DNA from: Verrucomicrobiia bacterium
GTDB lineage: Bacteria; Patescibacteriota; Saccharimonadia; Saccharimonadales; Saccharimonadaceae
Length of the DNA stretch: 62,606 bases
NCBI GenBank assembly: GCA_035493555.1
Contig: DATJIC010000007.1
Location: 1 to 62,606 of the forward strand
Reading direction: 5' to 3'
Both the position numbers and the translations under genes were made by a program. The stretch's first letter is position 1. Each line of letters starts with the position of its first letter. Positions 56,294-62,606 of the stretch are shown here, piece after piece. The notes below the pieces were generated by a model, which saw nothing but the letters and a program-made list of their open reading frames with translations, had not been told where the DNA came from and did no database searches.

Positions 56294-56809
56294 CTATACG
56301 CCGTCGTAGCTTATCTCTTTGTCTTTACCAATCTCTTTCAGCGTCTGTTCCAGCTCAAACGCCGAGAGGGAGCTCATATCAATCTGCCGTTGCAATGCAA
56401 TGACATACCCTTGGGCAATGGTAGCAAATCTTAGAGCATCTTTACGCCAGAACAAGCCGAACCGCAGGGTCTCTGCCTCGGCAAGAAACCGGTTTTCAAT
56501 CTTTAAAACGCCGAAAATAAGCCCAACTTCGGCAGTAACATTAAGCAGATTTTCAATTGGCAAGCTTAACAGACTTGTTTCGCTGAACGGGCGCTTTTTA
56601 ACGATACTAAGTTTCGTACGGTTAAGCGTGGCGATCGCAGGGAACAGCTGAAGCGGCGTAGTGATCTGAGCAAGAACCTCACCCGTATCCTGGATCGCAC
56701 CCTGCAGCTCTCTTTTTGCCTCGTCGGCGGTAAGCGGTGTCACCTCACGCTGAGGCACTACGGGAATCTGGGGACCTTGTGACTGTTTACCAGCTGTATC
56801 TCGCACCAT
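56294..56809 (-). CDS. hypothetical cytosolic protein, possibly a bacterial PH-like (bPH_2/DUF304-like) fold
   Basis: I start it at the ATG at 56809, preceded by the strong SD sequence AAAGGAGGAAGT. The pattern LNRTKLSIVKKRPFSETSLLSLPIENLLNVTAEVGLIFGVLKIE resembles bPH_2 strands. This is a weak call. Confidence 0.4.
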   Translation of the reverse strand: MVRDTAGKQSQGPQIPVVPQREVTPLTADEAKRELQGAIQDTGEVLAQITTPLQLFPAIATLNRTKLSIVKKRPFSETSLLSLPIENLLNVTAEVGLIFGVLKIENRFLAEAETLRFGLFWRKDALRFATIAQGYVIALQRQIDMSSLSAFELEQTLKEIGKDKEISYDGV

Positions 56810-56907
56810 ACTTCCTCCTTTATGTTTAGTATATACACCGTCCCCTCTTTTCTCTGTTAGTAATTTCACACAGGGGCGTCACCCAGGTTCTGTGCGAGGG
56901 AACCCTA

Positions 56908-56916
56908 TGGTACAGT
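56908..56916 (+). promoter_or_regulatory. extended -10 box TGGTACAGT abutting ATG 56917 and 6 nt upstream of ATG 56923
   Basis: The sequence reads TATGGTACAGTATGAATATGAAT. The geometry favours a leaderless start at 56923. Confidence 0.4.
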
Positions 56917-57681
56917 ATGAATATGAATTTTGGTAAACCGCTAATAGGCATTACATGCGGCGAAATCTATAACAAAAGCGAGGCGTGGTCGCCCGTTGCG
57001 TTCGGACAAAGCCGCACGTTTGTCGACTGCGTTTTGCAGGCCGGCGGCTTGCCCTTGCTGCTCCCGCTTACCGCCGACAAAGAGCTGCTACAGCAACTGA
57101 GTTCGCTATTAGATGGCCTTCTGCTCAGCGGTGGCAACGACCTTAACCCTGCGCTGTATAACCAAAAACCGCTCACAACCGCCTCCGACCATTCCGATCT
57201 GCGGGATACGACCGAAATGGCGCTGCTCCGCTATAGCCTGTCATCTAATAAACCAATCTTGGGCATTTGCCGCGGCATGCAGTTACTCAATGTCTACTTT
57301 GACGGTGATCTGCGCCAAACACTCAACAACGATGCGCCCGGCAACCTGGACCACGACGCGTCAACAAAACTTAAAACGTTAGAGGACACCACCCACACGC
57401 TACGCCTTAAACCCGGATCATCCCTAGCTCAAATTGTGGGATCTGAGAACATAGGTGCTAACGCACATCATCACCAGGCAATTAATGCGCTAGGCAAAGG
57501 TGTCGAAGCTGTTGCCTGGGCAGAAGATGGCGTCATAGAAGGCATAGAGCTGCCTGGCTACGCATATGCGCTAGGGGTCCAAACTCACCCTGAATCACTC
57601 ACCAAAATAGAGCCGCGCTGGCAAAAGCTCTTCAGTAGTTTTGTACAGGCGGCAGCAAATAACAAAAACCGCTCAATCTAG
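56917..57681 (+). CDS. class I glutamine amidotransferase-like, gamma-glutamyl-GABA hydrolase (PuuD/peptidase C26) family
   Basis: 254 aa (252 aa if it starts at 56923). It has the GICRGMQLLN nucleophile elbow and HH...HPE near the C-terminus. Confidence 0.8.
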   Translation: MNMNFGKPLIGITCGEIYNKSEAWSPVAFGQSRTFVDCVLQAGGLPLLLPLTADKELLQQLSSLLDGLLLSGGNDLNPALYNQKPLTTASDHSDLRDTTEMALLRYSLSSNKPILGICRGMQLLNVYFDGDLRQTLNNDAPGNLDHDASTKLKTLEDTTHTLRLKPGSSLAQIVGSENIGANAHHHQAINALGKGVEAVAWAEDGVIEGIELPGYAYALGVQTHPESLTKIEPRWQKLFSSFVQAAANNKNRSI

Positions 57682-57815
57682 AAAACTGATTCCTACAGGG
57701 GTCAGCGCGCCTTAAAGCCCACAATCAAGTTATTGTTGTAATTTTCTTTGCTATCGGTTATATTTCAATTAACGTTGGCTAGTAAAATTTATTAACAACA
57801 ACTTAGGGGGCAAGA

Positions 57816-58373
57816 ATGGCAAAGAAACAAGAAACAGCAATAAAAAGCGCCGTAACTCGAGAAAAGAAGCGAGGCATTATACGGGAAGAAAAACATATGC
57901 TGTGGATTCTTCTCACTATCATTCTTATATTGTTATATTTGCTGTGGGCACAAGGTAATGGATGGTGGCCCTTTCTACAGCAAAGGTTAGGCAGTGCATT
58001 TTATACAAATATACCCGCCAGCGCACCGGCTCAATCAACAAAAGATTCGAGCAATGCTGGCTCGAGTGGCACGAATAGTGGTGGCAGTACCAACAGTGGC
58101 TCAGGCTCTAATAGTGGTGGTGGCGGTTCATCTACAACACCTGGCGGTTCGAGCTCAATTACCGATCTCGCCGCTAACGTAAATGTCGGTGACACTAAAA
58201 CAAAAGTCAGCGGCCAAGCGAACAACCTCGGCTCGGGCTGTGCTGTCATAGTGAAAGCAACGGCGCAAACCGTTGGTAAACAAGAGGTATGTACTTACTC
58301 GCAGGGTAACAAAATCGTCACGGTCACATATCTAAACGACCGGGTCATCAGCGCATCTAAGAGCGGCTTCTAA
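57816..58373 (+). CDS. hypothetical secreted/anchored protein with a Ser/Gly-rich linker and a small C-terminal beta domain
   Basis: 185 aa. It has one TM segment (LWILLTIILILLYLLW) and the low-complexity stretch SSNAGSSGTNSGGSTNSGSGSNSGGGGSSTTPGGSS. AGGGGG lies upstream of the ATG. Confidence 0.55.
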   Translation: MAKKQETAIKSAVTREKKRGIIREEKHMLWILLTIILILLYLLWAQGNGWWPFLQQRLGSAFYTNIPASAPAQSTKDSSNAGSSGTNSGGSTNSGSGSNSGGGGSSTTPGGSSSITDLAANVNVGDTKTKVSGQANNLGSGCAVIVKATAQTVGKQEVCTYSQGNKIVTVTYLNDRVISASKSGF

Positions 58374-58385
58374 ACACACTCAAAA

Positions 58386-58425
58386 ACTAAAAAGATTGGC
58401 CTCTACATGAGCCAATCTTTTTAGT
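58386..58425. terminator. bidirectional terminator between the convergent 57816 gene and pepE
   Basis: There is a perfect 15-bp inverted repeat, ACTAAAAAGATTGGC/GCCAATCTTTTTAGT, with a 10-nt loop. Confidence 0.7.
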
Positions 58426-58487
58426 TTAAAGACCAATCCGCCATCCCGACCACGCTACTCTATAGCCAAACTTTTGAGAAGCGCAAC

Positions 58488-59108
58488 CTACGTTTTTACT
58501 ACAATCACCTCGCCGTCATGAAGAGCAGCATATGACATCTCTTTCTCTTCAAAATATGTGACTACTTTATCGATAGTGGCCGACTCAGGATGGTCAGACT
58601 TAAAGTGCGGAGCAATCGACTCATCGTAAAAGCCCAAGCCTTCCCAGATAATTTTAGAATCATAGCCTTCGGGCAACTGTTTGGGATCGTCTACGATTTC
58701 TATGCCCTCAAGGGTTTTAGTAGCAACAACCGCGCCAGCACTAAATCCCCCATAGACCAAATGGTCATTCAACACCAGTTCGGGAGCGATTTGGTCGAAG
58801 CCGCTTTGACACATTGCGCGTCGGAGCACAAAAGAATTGCCGCCCATTACCCAAACGCCCCCATATTGTTGCAATTTTGTTGCCAAGACCACAGGATCAT
58901 TAAAGTAATCCCGCAAGTCCAGTTCTTCACCTTCCAGGCCAATTTTGGCCAAAGAAGCAATTTCTTTCTTCAAATAGTCAGGTCGTTTAGCAGGGCCAAA
59001 AATATCAGCAGCATTCATAATAATTGCCACTTTCTTATTTTTGCCAAAAAGTTCAGCGAACTTCGTAGGATCATCTCCGAGGAAGTATGACGATAGATAC
59101 AACTTCAT
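58488..59108 (-). CDS. pepE: peptidase S51 family (dipeptidase E-like)
   Basis: 206 aa. GGNSF (VMGGNSFVL) and GFSAGA provide the nucleophile Ser context typical of S51. Confidence 0.7.
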   Translation of the reverse strand: MKLYLSSYFLGDDPTKFAELFGKNKKVAIIMNAADIFGPAKRPDYLKKEIASLAKIGLEGEELDLRDYFNDPVVLATKLQQYGGVWVMGGNSFVLRRAMCQSGFDQIAPELVLNDHLVYGGFSAGAVVATKTLEGIEIVDDPKQLPEGYDSKIIWEGLGFYDESIAPHFKSDHPESATIDKVVTYFEEKEMSYAALHDGEVIVVKT

Positions 59109-59114
59109 AAAGTA

Positions 59115-59123
59115 ATTATATCA
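59115..59123 (-). promoter_or_regulatory. extended -10 box TGATATAAT 6 nt upstream of the pepE ATG (leaderless)
   Basis: The reverse complement of 59109-59123 is TGATATAATTACTTT, followed by the ATG at 59108. Confidence 0.5.
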
Positions 59124-59224
59124 AGAGAGAAGTTATGGCAGACAGAAAAGATGGACCAAACAAACATACACAAACAAAAAGAGGCTTTAAGCAATCTCAA
59201 TTTGACAAATAAAATAATATCCCA

Positions 59225-59245
59225 TGACTAGGGTGGAGGGATCGA
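59225..59245 (-). repeat. degenerate copy of the tRNA-Gln 3' end (acceptor and T-arm 3' strand)
   Basis: On the + strand, TGACTAGGGTGGAGGGAT-CGA (59225-59245) aligns to TGGCTGGGGTGGAGGGATTCGA (59403-59424), about 19 of 22 identical. No cloverleaf can be drawn for the rest. Confidence 0.5.
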
Positions 59246-59300
59246 TTGTCGTGCTCCTCGAATAGCTAAAGCCATCTCGTCAGCCACGCAGGTAAAACTC

Positions 59301-59318
59301 AAACTGCCCTGGCAGTTT
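59301..59318. terminator. short palindromic hairpin AAACTGCC-CT-GGCAGTTT flanked by A/T runs
   Basis: Read directly from the sequence. It is a possible second terminator downstream of tRNA-Gln. Confidence 0.35.
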
Positions 59319-59360
59319 TAGCCCGTCGGGTTCGAACCCCCCTCAAAAACTCCAATCAAA

Positions 59361-59400
59361 GAAATAGTCCAAGCCTCGTAAACGAAACTTGGACTATTTC
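59361..59400 (-). terminator. terminator hairpin immediately 3' of tRNA-Gln
   Basis: There is a perfect 13-bp inverted repeat, GAAATAGTCCAAG/CTTGGACTATTTC, with a 14-nt loop, starting 2 nt after the tRNA CCA. TTTGATTGGAGTTTTTG follows on the minus strand. Confidence 0.6.
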
Positions 59401-59402
59401 CA

Positions 59403-59477
59403 TGGCTGGGGTGGAGGGATTCGAACCCCCGAATGCCAGGACCAGAACCTGGTGCCTTACCACTTGGCGACACCCCA
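59403..59477 (-). tRNA. tRNA-Gln (anticodon CUG), CCA encoded
   Basis: The minus strand reads TGGGGTGTCGCCAAGTGGTAAGGCACCAGGTTCTGGTCCTGGCATTCGGGGGTTCGAATCCCTCCACCCCAGCCA. The acceptor stem is 7 bp with U1-A72. The anticodon arm is CCAGG-TTCTGGT-CCTGG. The T-arm is GGGGG-TTCGAAT-CCCTC. It is nearly collinear with E. coli tRNA-Gln2 as I remember it. Confidence 0.9.
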
Positions 59478-59489
59478 TCAGCAGATCTG

Positions 59490-59518
59490 ATTATACCACT
59501 ACCAGAGGTATCGCTCAA
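59490..59518 (-). promoter_or_regulatory. tRNA-Gln promoter TTGAGC-N17-TATAAT (with TGG extended -10)
   Basis: The reverse complement of 59513-59518 is TTGAGC and that of 59490-59498 is TGGTATAAT. The mature 5' end lies 12 nt downstream. Confidence 0.55.
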
Positions 59519-59530
59519 GGGATATTATGG

Positions 59531-60478
59531 TTAAACCAGCTGGGTGCCAGCCCTGCCGTCAAGCGCCTCGATTGCTTTTTGTGGAGAGGTAATAATAGAC
59601 CGGTTGCCTTCGCGGAGCTGAACGAACTCAAGCGCCGCCTGCACCTTGGGTAGCATACTGCCCGGAGCAAACTGGCCATCCACCACATGTTGCTGCATTT
59701 CTTCTACTGTTACCTCGTACAACGGGGTTTCGTTTGGCTGACGGTAATTAATCGTAACGGCATCTACTGTCGTTAAAATAAGCAGCGTATCCGCGCTAAT
59801 AAGCTCGGCCATTTTTGCTGCCGTGCGGTCTTTATCGATCACTCCCTCAATCCCTACAAGCCCATCAGGCTGCTGTACAACAGGAACACCGCCACCGCCT
59901 GCCGCAATGACAATATCCCCCGCAGCAAGTGAGTTTTGAATGAATTTTCTTTCGACAATATCAAGTGGCAAGGGCGATGGTACCACCCGCCGCCACCCGC
60001 GACCTGCGTCTTCTTTTACTGCAGCATCGTCACCCACTGCAGTGCGGGCAGCTGTTTCATCTACATAAAATGGACCGACCGGCTTACTGGGGTTTTGAAA
60101 CGCCGTATCGTTTTGGTCCACCACTACCTGGGTAACAACCGAGGCAACGCTGCGATCGCTTTTTGCCGCCAGCAGCTCGTTCTGTAAGCCCTGTTGCAAC
60201 CAGTAGCCAATTTCACCCTGGCTCATTGCAACGCAGGTGTCGAGTGGCGAAGCCGGAGTTTCGGGCGTATTAAGGGCCTGCTCATGTAAAAAGATATTCC
60301 CCACCTGCGGGCCATTACCATGCACAATAACGAGCTTATGGCCAGCGAGCGCCAGCGAGACAAGCTGGCGTGCTGTCTCGCGGGCAACTGCCTGCTGGTC
60401 TTTTACACTTGTCTCGCCACTGCGCTGGAGTGCGTTGCCACCAAGAGCAACGACGATTGTTTTTTGTGTTTCTTCCAT
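59531..60478 (-). CDS. arcC: carbamate kinase
   Basis: It starts at the ATG at 60478 (MEETQKTIVVALGGNAL). It has HGNGPQVG and other carbamate kinase features. The track ORF start at 60505 would overlap arcD. Confidence 0.9.
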   Translation of the reverse strand: MEETQKTIVVALGGNALQRSGETSVKDQQAVARETARQLVSLALAGHKLVIVHGNGPQVGNIFLHEQALNTPETPASPLDTCVAMSQGEIGYWLQQGLQNELLAAKSDRSVASVVTQVVVDQNDTAFQNPSKPVGPFYVDETAARTAVGDDAAVKEDAGRGWRRVVPSPLPLDIVERKFIQNSLAAGDIVIAAGGGGVPVVQQPDGLVGIEGVIDKDRTAAKMAELISADTLLILTTVDAVTINYRQPNETPLYEVTVEEMQQHVVDGQFAPGSMLPKVQAALEFVQLREGNRSIITSPQKAIEALDGRAGTQLV

Positions 60479-60485
60479 CTGATTA

Positions 60486-61928
60486 TTATATAACGGAAAG
60501 ATCACCGTTCATGATGCGGTACAGACAAAATACACAGAGTGCAACCAGTACGCCAGCAGCAAGAAACTCCTTAGCCGTAAATATCTTTTCGCGGTTTTTT
60601 ATTTGCATCAGTACATACACAACAATAGCAGGGGTGTACAGCAGCACCGTGAGCAGCAGATAGTCGAGTCCGGCCGCATAGACAAGCCATATTGCATACA
60701 GGCTCGCGACAACGCCGATAATAATATTGCGCATGCGTCCGGGAGCTGCGGCTTTTTCGGCTGCAGATAGCTTAAGCTGGTAAAACGCAGTAAAAGCATA
60801 CGGCAGCAAAATTGCAGAGGTTGCAAGCGAATACATGAAGTCATACGCTTTAATCGGTGTCAAAAAGAGCAGCAGAAATGCCTGAATAAGAACGTTCGTT
60901 ACCAGCAGCGATACAACCGGCACACCCTTAGCGTTGACCTTAGCAAAGTAACTTGGGAAAGCCTTCTTTTTGGCGGCTTGGTAGGGCAGTTCGGTGGCAA
61001 ACATCGTCCATGCAAGCCATGCACCAGTAATAGAAATAACCACGCCGATGTTAATAAGAACAGCACCCCATGAGCCTACGACCGATTCCAGAAGTGTAGC
61101 CATTGCCGGCTGACCAAGTTCGGCAAGCTCGGGGCGGGTTTTAAGCCCAAGCGAAAGAGCAGTAACCAAAAAGTAAATAGCTGTCACCGTAAACAGACCG
61201 AGGAACGTGGCGCGGGCAACATTTGCCTTGTTTTTTGCGCGCCCCGAGAACACTACGGCACCTTCGATACCGATAAATACCCATACGGTCACGAGCATCG
61301 TGCTCATTACCTGATCCAGCACGTCGCTAAATTCAAACCCCTTAGAAGCAGTTCCCCAGATGTCGGATGTAAAGATATTCAGTTTGAACGCGACAAATGC
61401 AGCCAGCAAAAATATAGCGATCGGGATCAGTTTTGCGGCCGTAATGAGCATGTTAACTACGCTTGCCGTCTTCATGCCACGCATTACCAGGAAGTTAACA
61501 ACCCATAGCAGTATCGAGGCGCCAATAACCGAAGGGAGATTCTGACCGTCCCCGAATACCTTGAAAAAATAACCTACCGAACTGAACAAGAGTGTCGCAT
61601 AGGCAACGTTGCCAATCCAGGCGGAGATCCAATACCCCCAGGCAGAGTTAAAACCCATATACTTGCCGAAGCCGGCTTGGGCATAGCTGTAAATGCCGGC
61701 GTCAAGGTCGGGACGTTTTTTAGTAAGGTTTTGGAAACAAAGAGCCAAAAAGAGCATCCCCAAGCCAGTTATTCCCCACCCAATGGTAATTGCCATTAGG
61801 GACGCACCCGCGGAGATATTGCTCATCAGGTTAAAGACGCCGGCGCCGATAATCGAACCGACGACAAGCCCGGTCAGTTGCAGTAACCCGAGATTCCCCT
61901 TCTTTTCGCTAGATTTTGTTGTTGCCAT
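60486..61928 (-). CDS. arcD: APC-family amino acid transporter, arginine/ornithine antiporter-like
   Basis: 480 aa with about 12-13 TM segments. The N-terminus LGLLQLTGLVVGSIIGAGVF is typical of ArcD/basic amino acid antiporters. It is located between arcB and arcC. Confidence 0.75.
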   Translation of the reverse strand: MATTKSSEKKGNLGLLQLTGLVVGSIIGAGVFNLMSNISAGASLMAITIGWGITGLGMLFLALCFQNLTKKRPDLDAGIYSYAQAGFGKYMGFNSAWGYWISAWIGNVAYATLLFSSVGYFFKVFGDGQNLPSVIGASILLWVVNFLVMRGMKTASVVNMLITAAKLIPIAIFLLAAFVAFKLNIFTSDIWGTASKGFEFSDVLDQVMSTMLVTVWVFIGIEGAVVFSGRAKNKANVARATFLGLFTVTAIYFLVTALSLGLKTRPELAELGQPAMATLLESVVGSWGAVLINIGVVISITGAWLAWTMFATELPYQAAKKKAFPSYFAKVNAKGVPVVSLLVTNVLIQAFLLLFLTPIKAYDFMYSLATSAILLPYAFTAFYQLKLSAAEKAAAPGRMRNIIIGVVASLYAIWLVYAAGLDYLLLTVLLYTPAIVVYVLMQIKNREKIFTAKEFLAAGVLVALCVFCLYRIMNGDLSVI

Positions 61929-61957
61929 ACGAGGACCTCCTTGATCCCACGATTACG

Positions 61958-62606
61958 TTATAACGTTAAAGCAATGACCGCTTTAATGGTGTGCATACGA
62001 TTTTCAGCTTCGTCAAATACAATACTGTGAGAGCTGCGGAAGACCTCGTCGGTCACCTCCATACTCTCCAGTCCGTATTCTTGGAAGATTTTTTCTCCGG
62101 TGGCCGTTAGACGGTCATGAAAAGCCGGCAGGCAGTGCATAAATTTGACATTCTCGTTACCCGTTGCCCGTAAGAGCTCCATATTCACCTGGTAGTCTTT
62201 TAGCAGCGCGATCCGCTTGGCGTACTCCGCCTCCTCGCCCATCGACACCCAAACGTCGGTATAAATGACGTCCGCTCCTGCCACCGCCTCCTGCAGGTTG
62301 TCAGTAATGGTAATGACCGCACCTGTTTCGCCGGCGTATTCCCTGGCCTTTTGCACGAGCGCTTCGTCGGGGTGTAGTTCTTTTGGCGCGGCAATCCTAA
62401 AGTCCATACCCATTTTAGCGGCGCCTTCCATAAGGCTGTTTGCCATATTGTTACGACCATCACCGACAAATACCATTTTTATGCCGCGCAGCGCGCCTAC
62501 GTGCTCTTCGATCGTTAAAAAGTCGGCAAGTATTTGGGTGGGATGAGCCGTATCGGTGAGCCCGTTCCAAACAGGTACGCCAGCATACTGCGCCAGATCT
62601 TCGACC
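61958..62606 (-). CDS. arcB: ornithine carbamoyltransferase; the 5' end lies outside the window
   Basis: The reading frame stays open upstream of the track ORF to the window edge ([57 protein letters not shown]). HPTQ, DVWVSMG and HCLPA motifs are present. Confidence 0.9.
   Translation of the reverse strand, partial: VEDLAQYAGVPVWNGLTDTAHPTQILADFLTIEEHVGALRGIKMVFVGDGRNNMANSLMEGAAKMGMDFRIAAPKELHPDEALVQKAREYAGETGAVITITDNLQEAVAGADVIYTDVWVSMGEEAEYAKRIALLKDYQVNMELLRATGNENVKFMHCLPAFHDRLTATGEKIFQEYGLESMEVTDEVFRSSHSIVFDEAENRMHTIKAVIALTL

Noticed and set aside
58040-58150. A possible tandem DNA repeat or contingency locus in the Ser/Gly-rich stretch of the 57816 gene
   Set aside because: The nucleotide sequence is compositionally biased (AGT/GGC/GGT codons). 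I could find no exact repeating unit by eye. I treat it as a low-complexity linker.
59228-59345. A second tRNA, a tmRNA or another structured RNA gene next to tRNA-Gln (GGTTCGAACCC and GGGTGGAGGGATCGA strings)
   Set aside because: I could not draw a cloverleaf or paired acceptor ends on either strand. The T-loop-like string has no complementary stem. The region is far too short for a tmRNA. I kept it only as a tRNA 3'-end fragment plus terminator hairpins.
1-62606. CRISPR arrays, transposases, integrases, prophage genes, toxin-antitoxin pairs and rRNA operons
   Set aside because: I looked for spaced direct repeats, DDE or tyrosine-recombinase motifs and small paired ORFs, and found none. The only repeat detected is the tRNA-Gln fragment.

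Overview
This is a 62.6-kb chromosomal segment of roughly 50% GC (judged by eye). I call 68 protein genes and one tRNA. 61 of the 68 CDS lie on the minus strand. Spacers are very short and there are many ATGA or TAATG stop/start overlaps. I saw no rRNA, CRISPR array, transposase, integrase or phage genes.

Gene content:
- Information processing and repair: DnaE, GatCAB, PheST, UvrB, RmuC, a DEAD-box helicase, Rel, and a SpoU-type methyltransferase.
- Cell surface: a type IV pilus/T2SS ATPase and a coiled-coil CHAP peptidoglycan hydrolase.
- Sugar-phosphate metabolism: a long co-directional block of gap, rpiB, rpe, split transketolase, class II aldolase and a PfkB kinase.
- Fermentation: phosphoketolase plus acetate kinase.
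- Respiration: a compact chain of NDH-2, heme O synthase and a CyoABCD quinol oxidase.
- Arginine catabolism: ornithine carbamoyltransferase, an arginine/ornithine antiporter and carbamate kinase, at the 3' end of the window next to the only tRNA (tRNA-Gln).

This combination, together with many small uncharacterised membrane proteins, looks like a reduced-genome Patescibacteria/CPR organism, most like Saccharibacteria (TM7). That is an inference from gene content only.

Most noteworthy observations:
1. dnaE is interrupted by one in-frame TGA at a conserved Gly codon, although TGA is clearly a normal stop elsewhere in the window.
2. Extended -10 boxes (TGnTAnnnT) recur 6-9 nt upstream of the start codons of operon-leading genes, which implies leaderless mRNAs.
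3. CyoD is fused to a C-terminal domain that resembles a cupredoxin without copper ligands.
4. A LOG/SLOG-like gene is tightly coupled to an unrecognisable 415-aa gene at the end of the pentose/glycolysis block.
5. Extra genes are embedded by ATGA overlaps inside the pheST and gatCAB operons.
6. A duplicated tRNA-Gln 3'-end fragment lies beside the arginine-catabolism cluster.

I found no clear-cut new multi-gene system. The candidates above are hypotheses that need database and structure checks.
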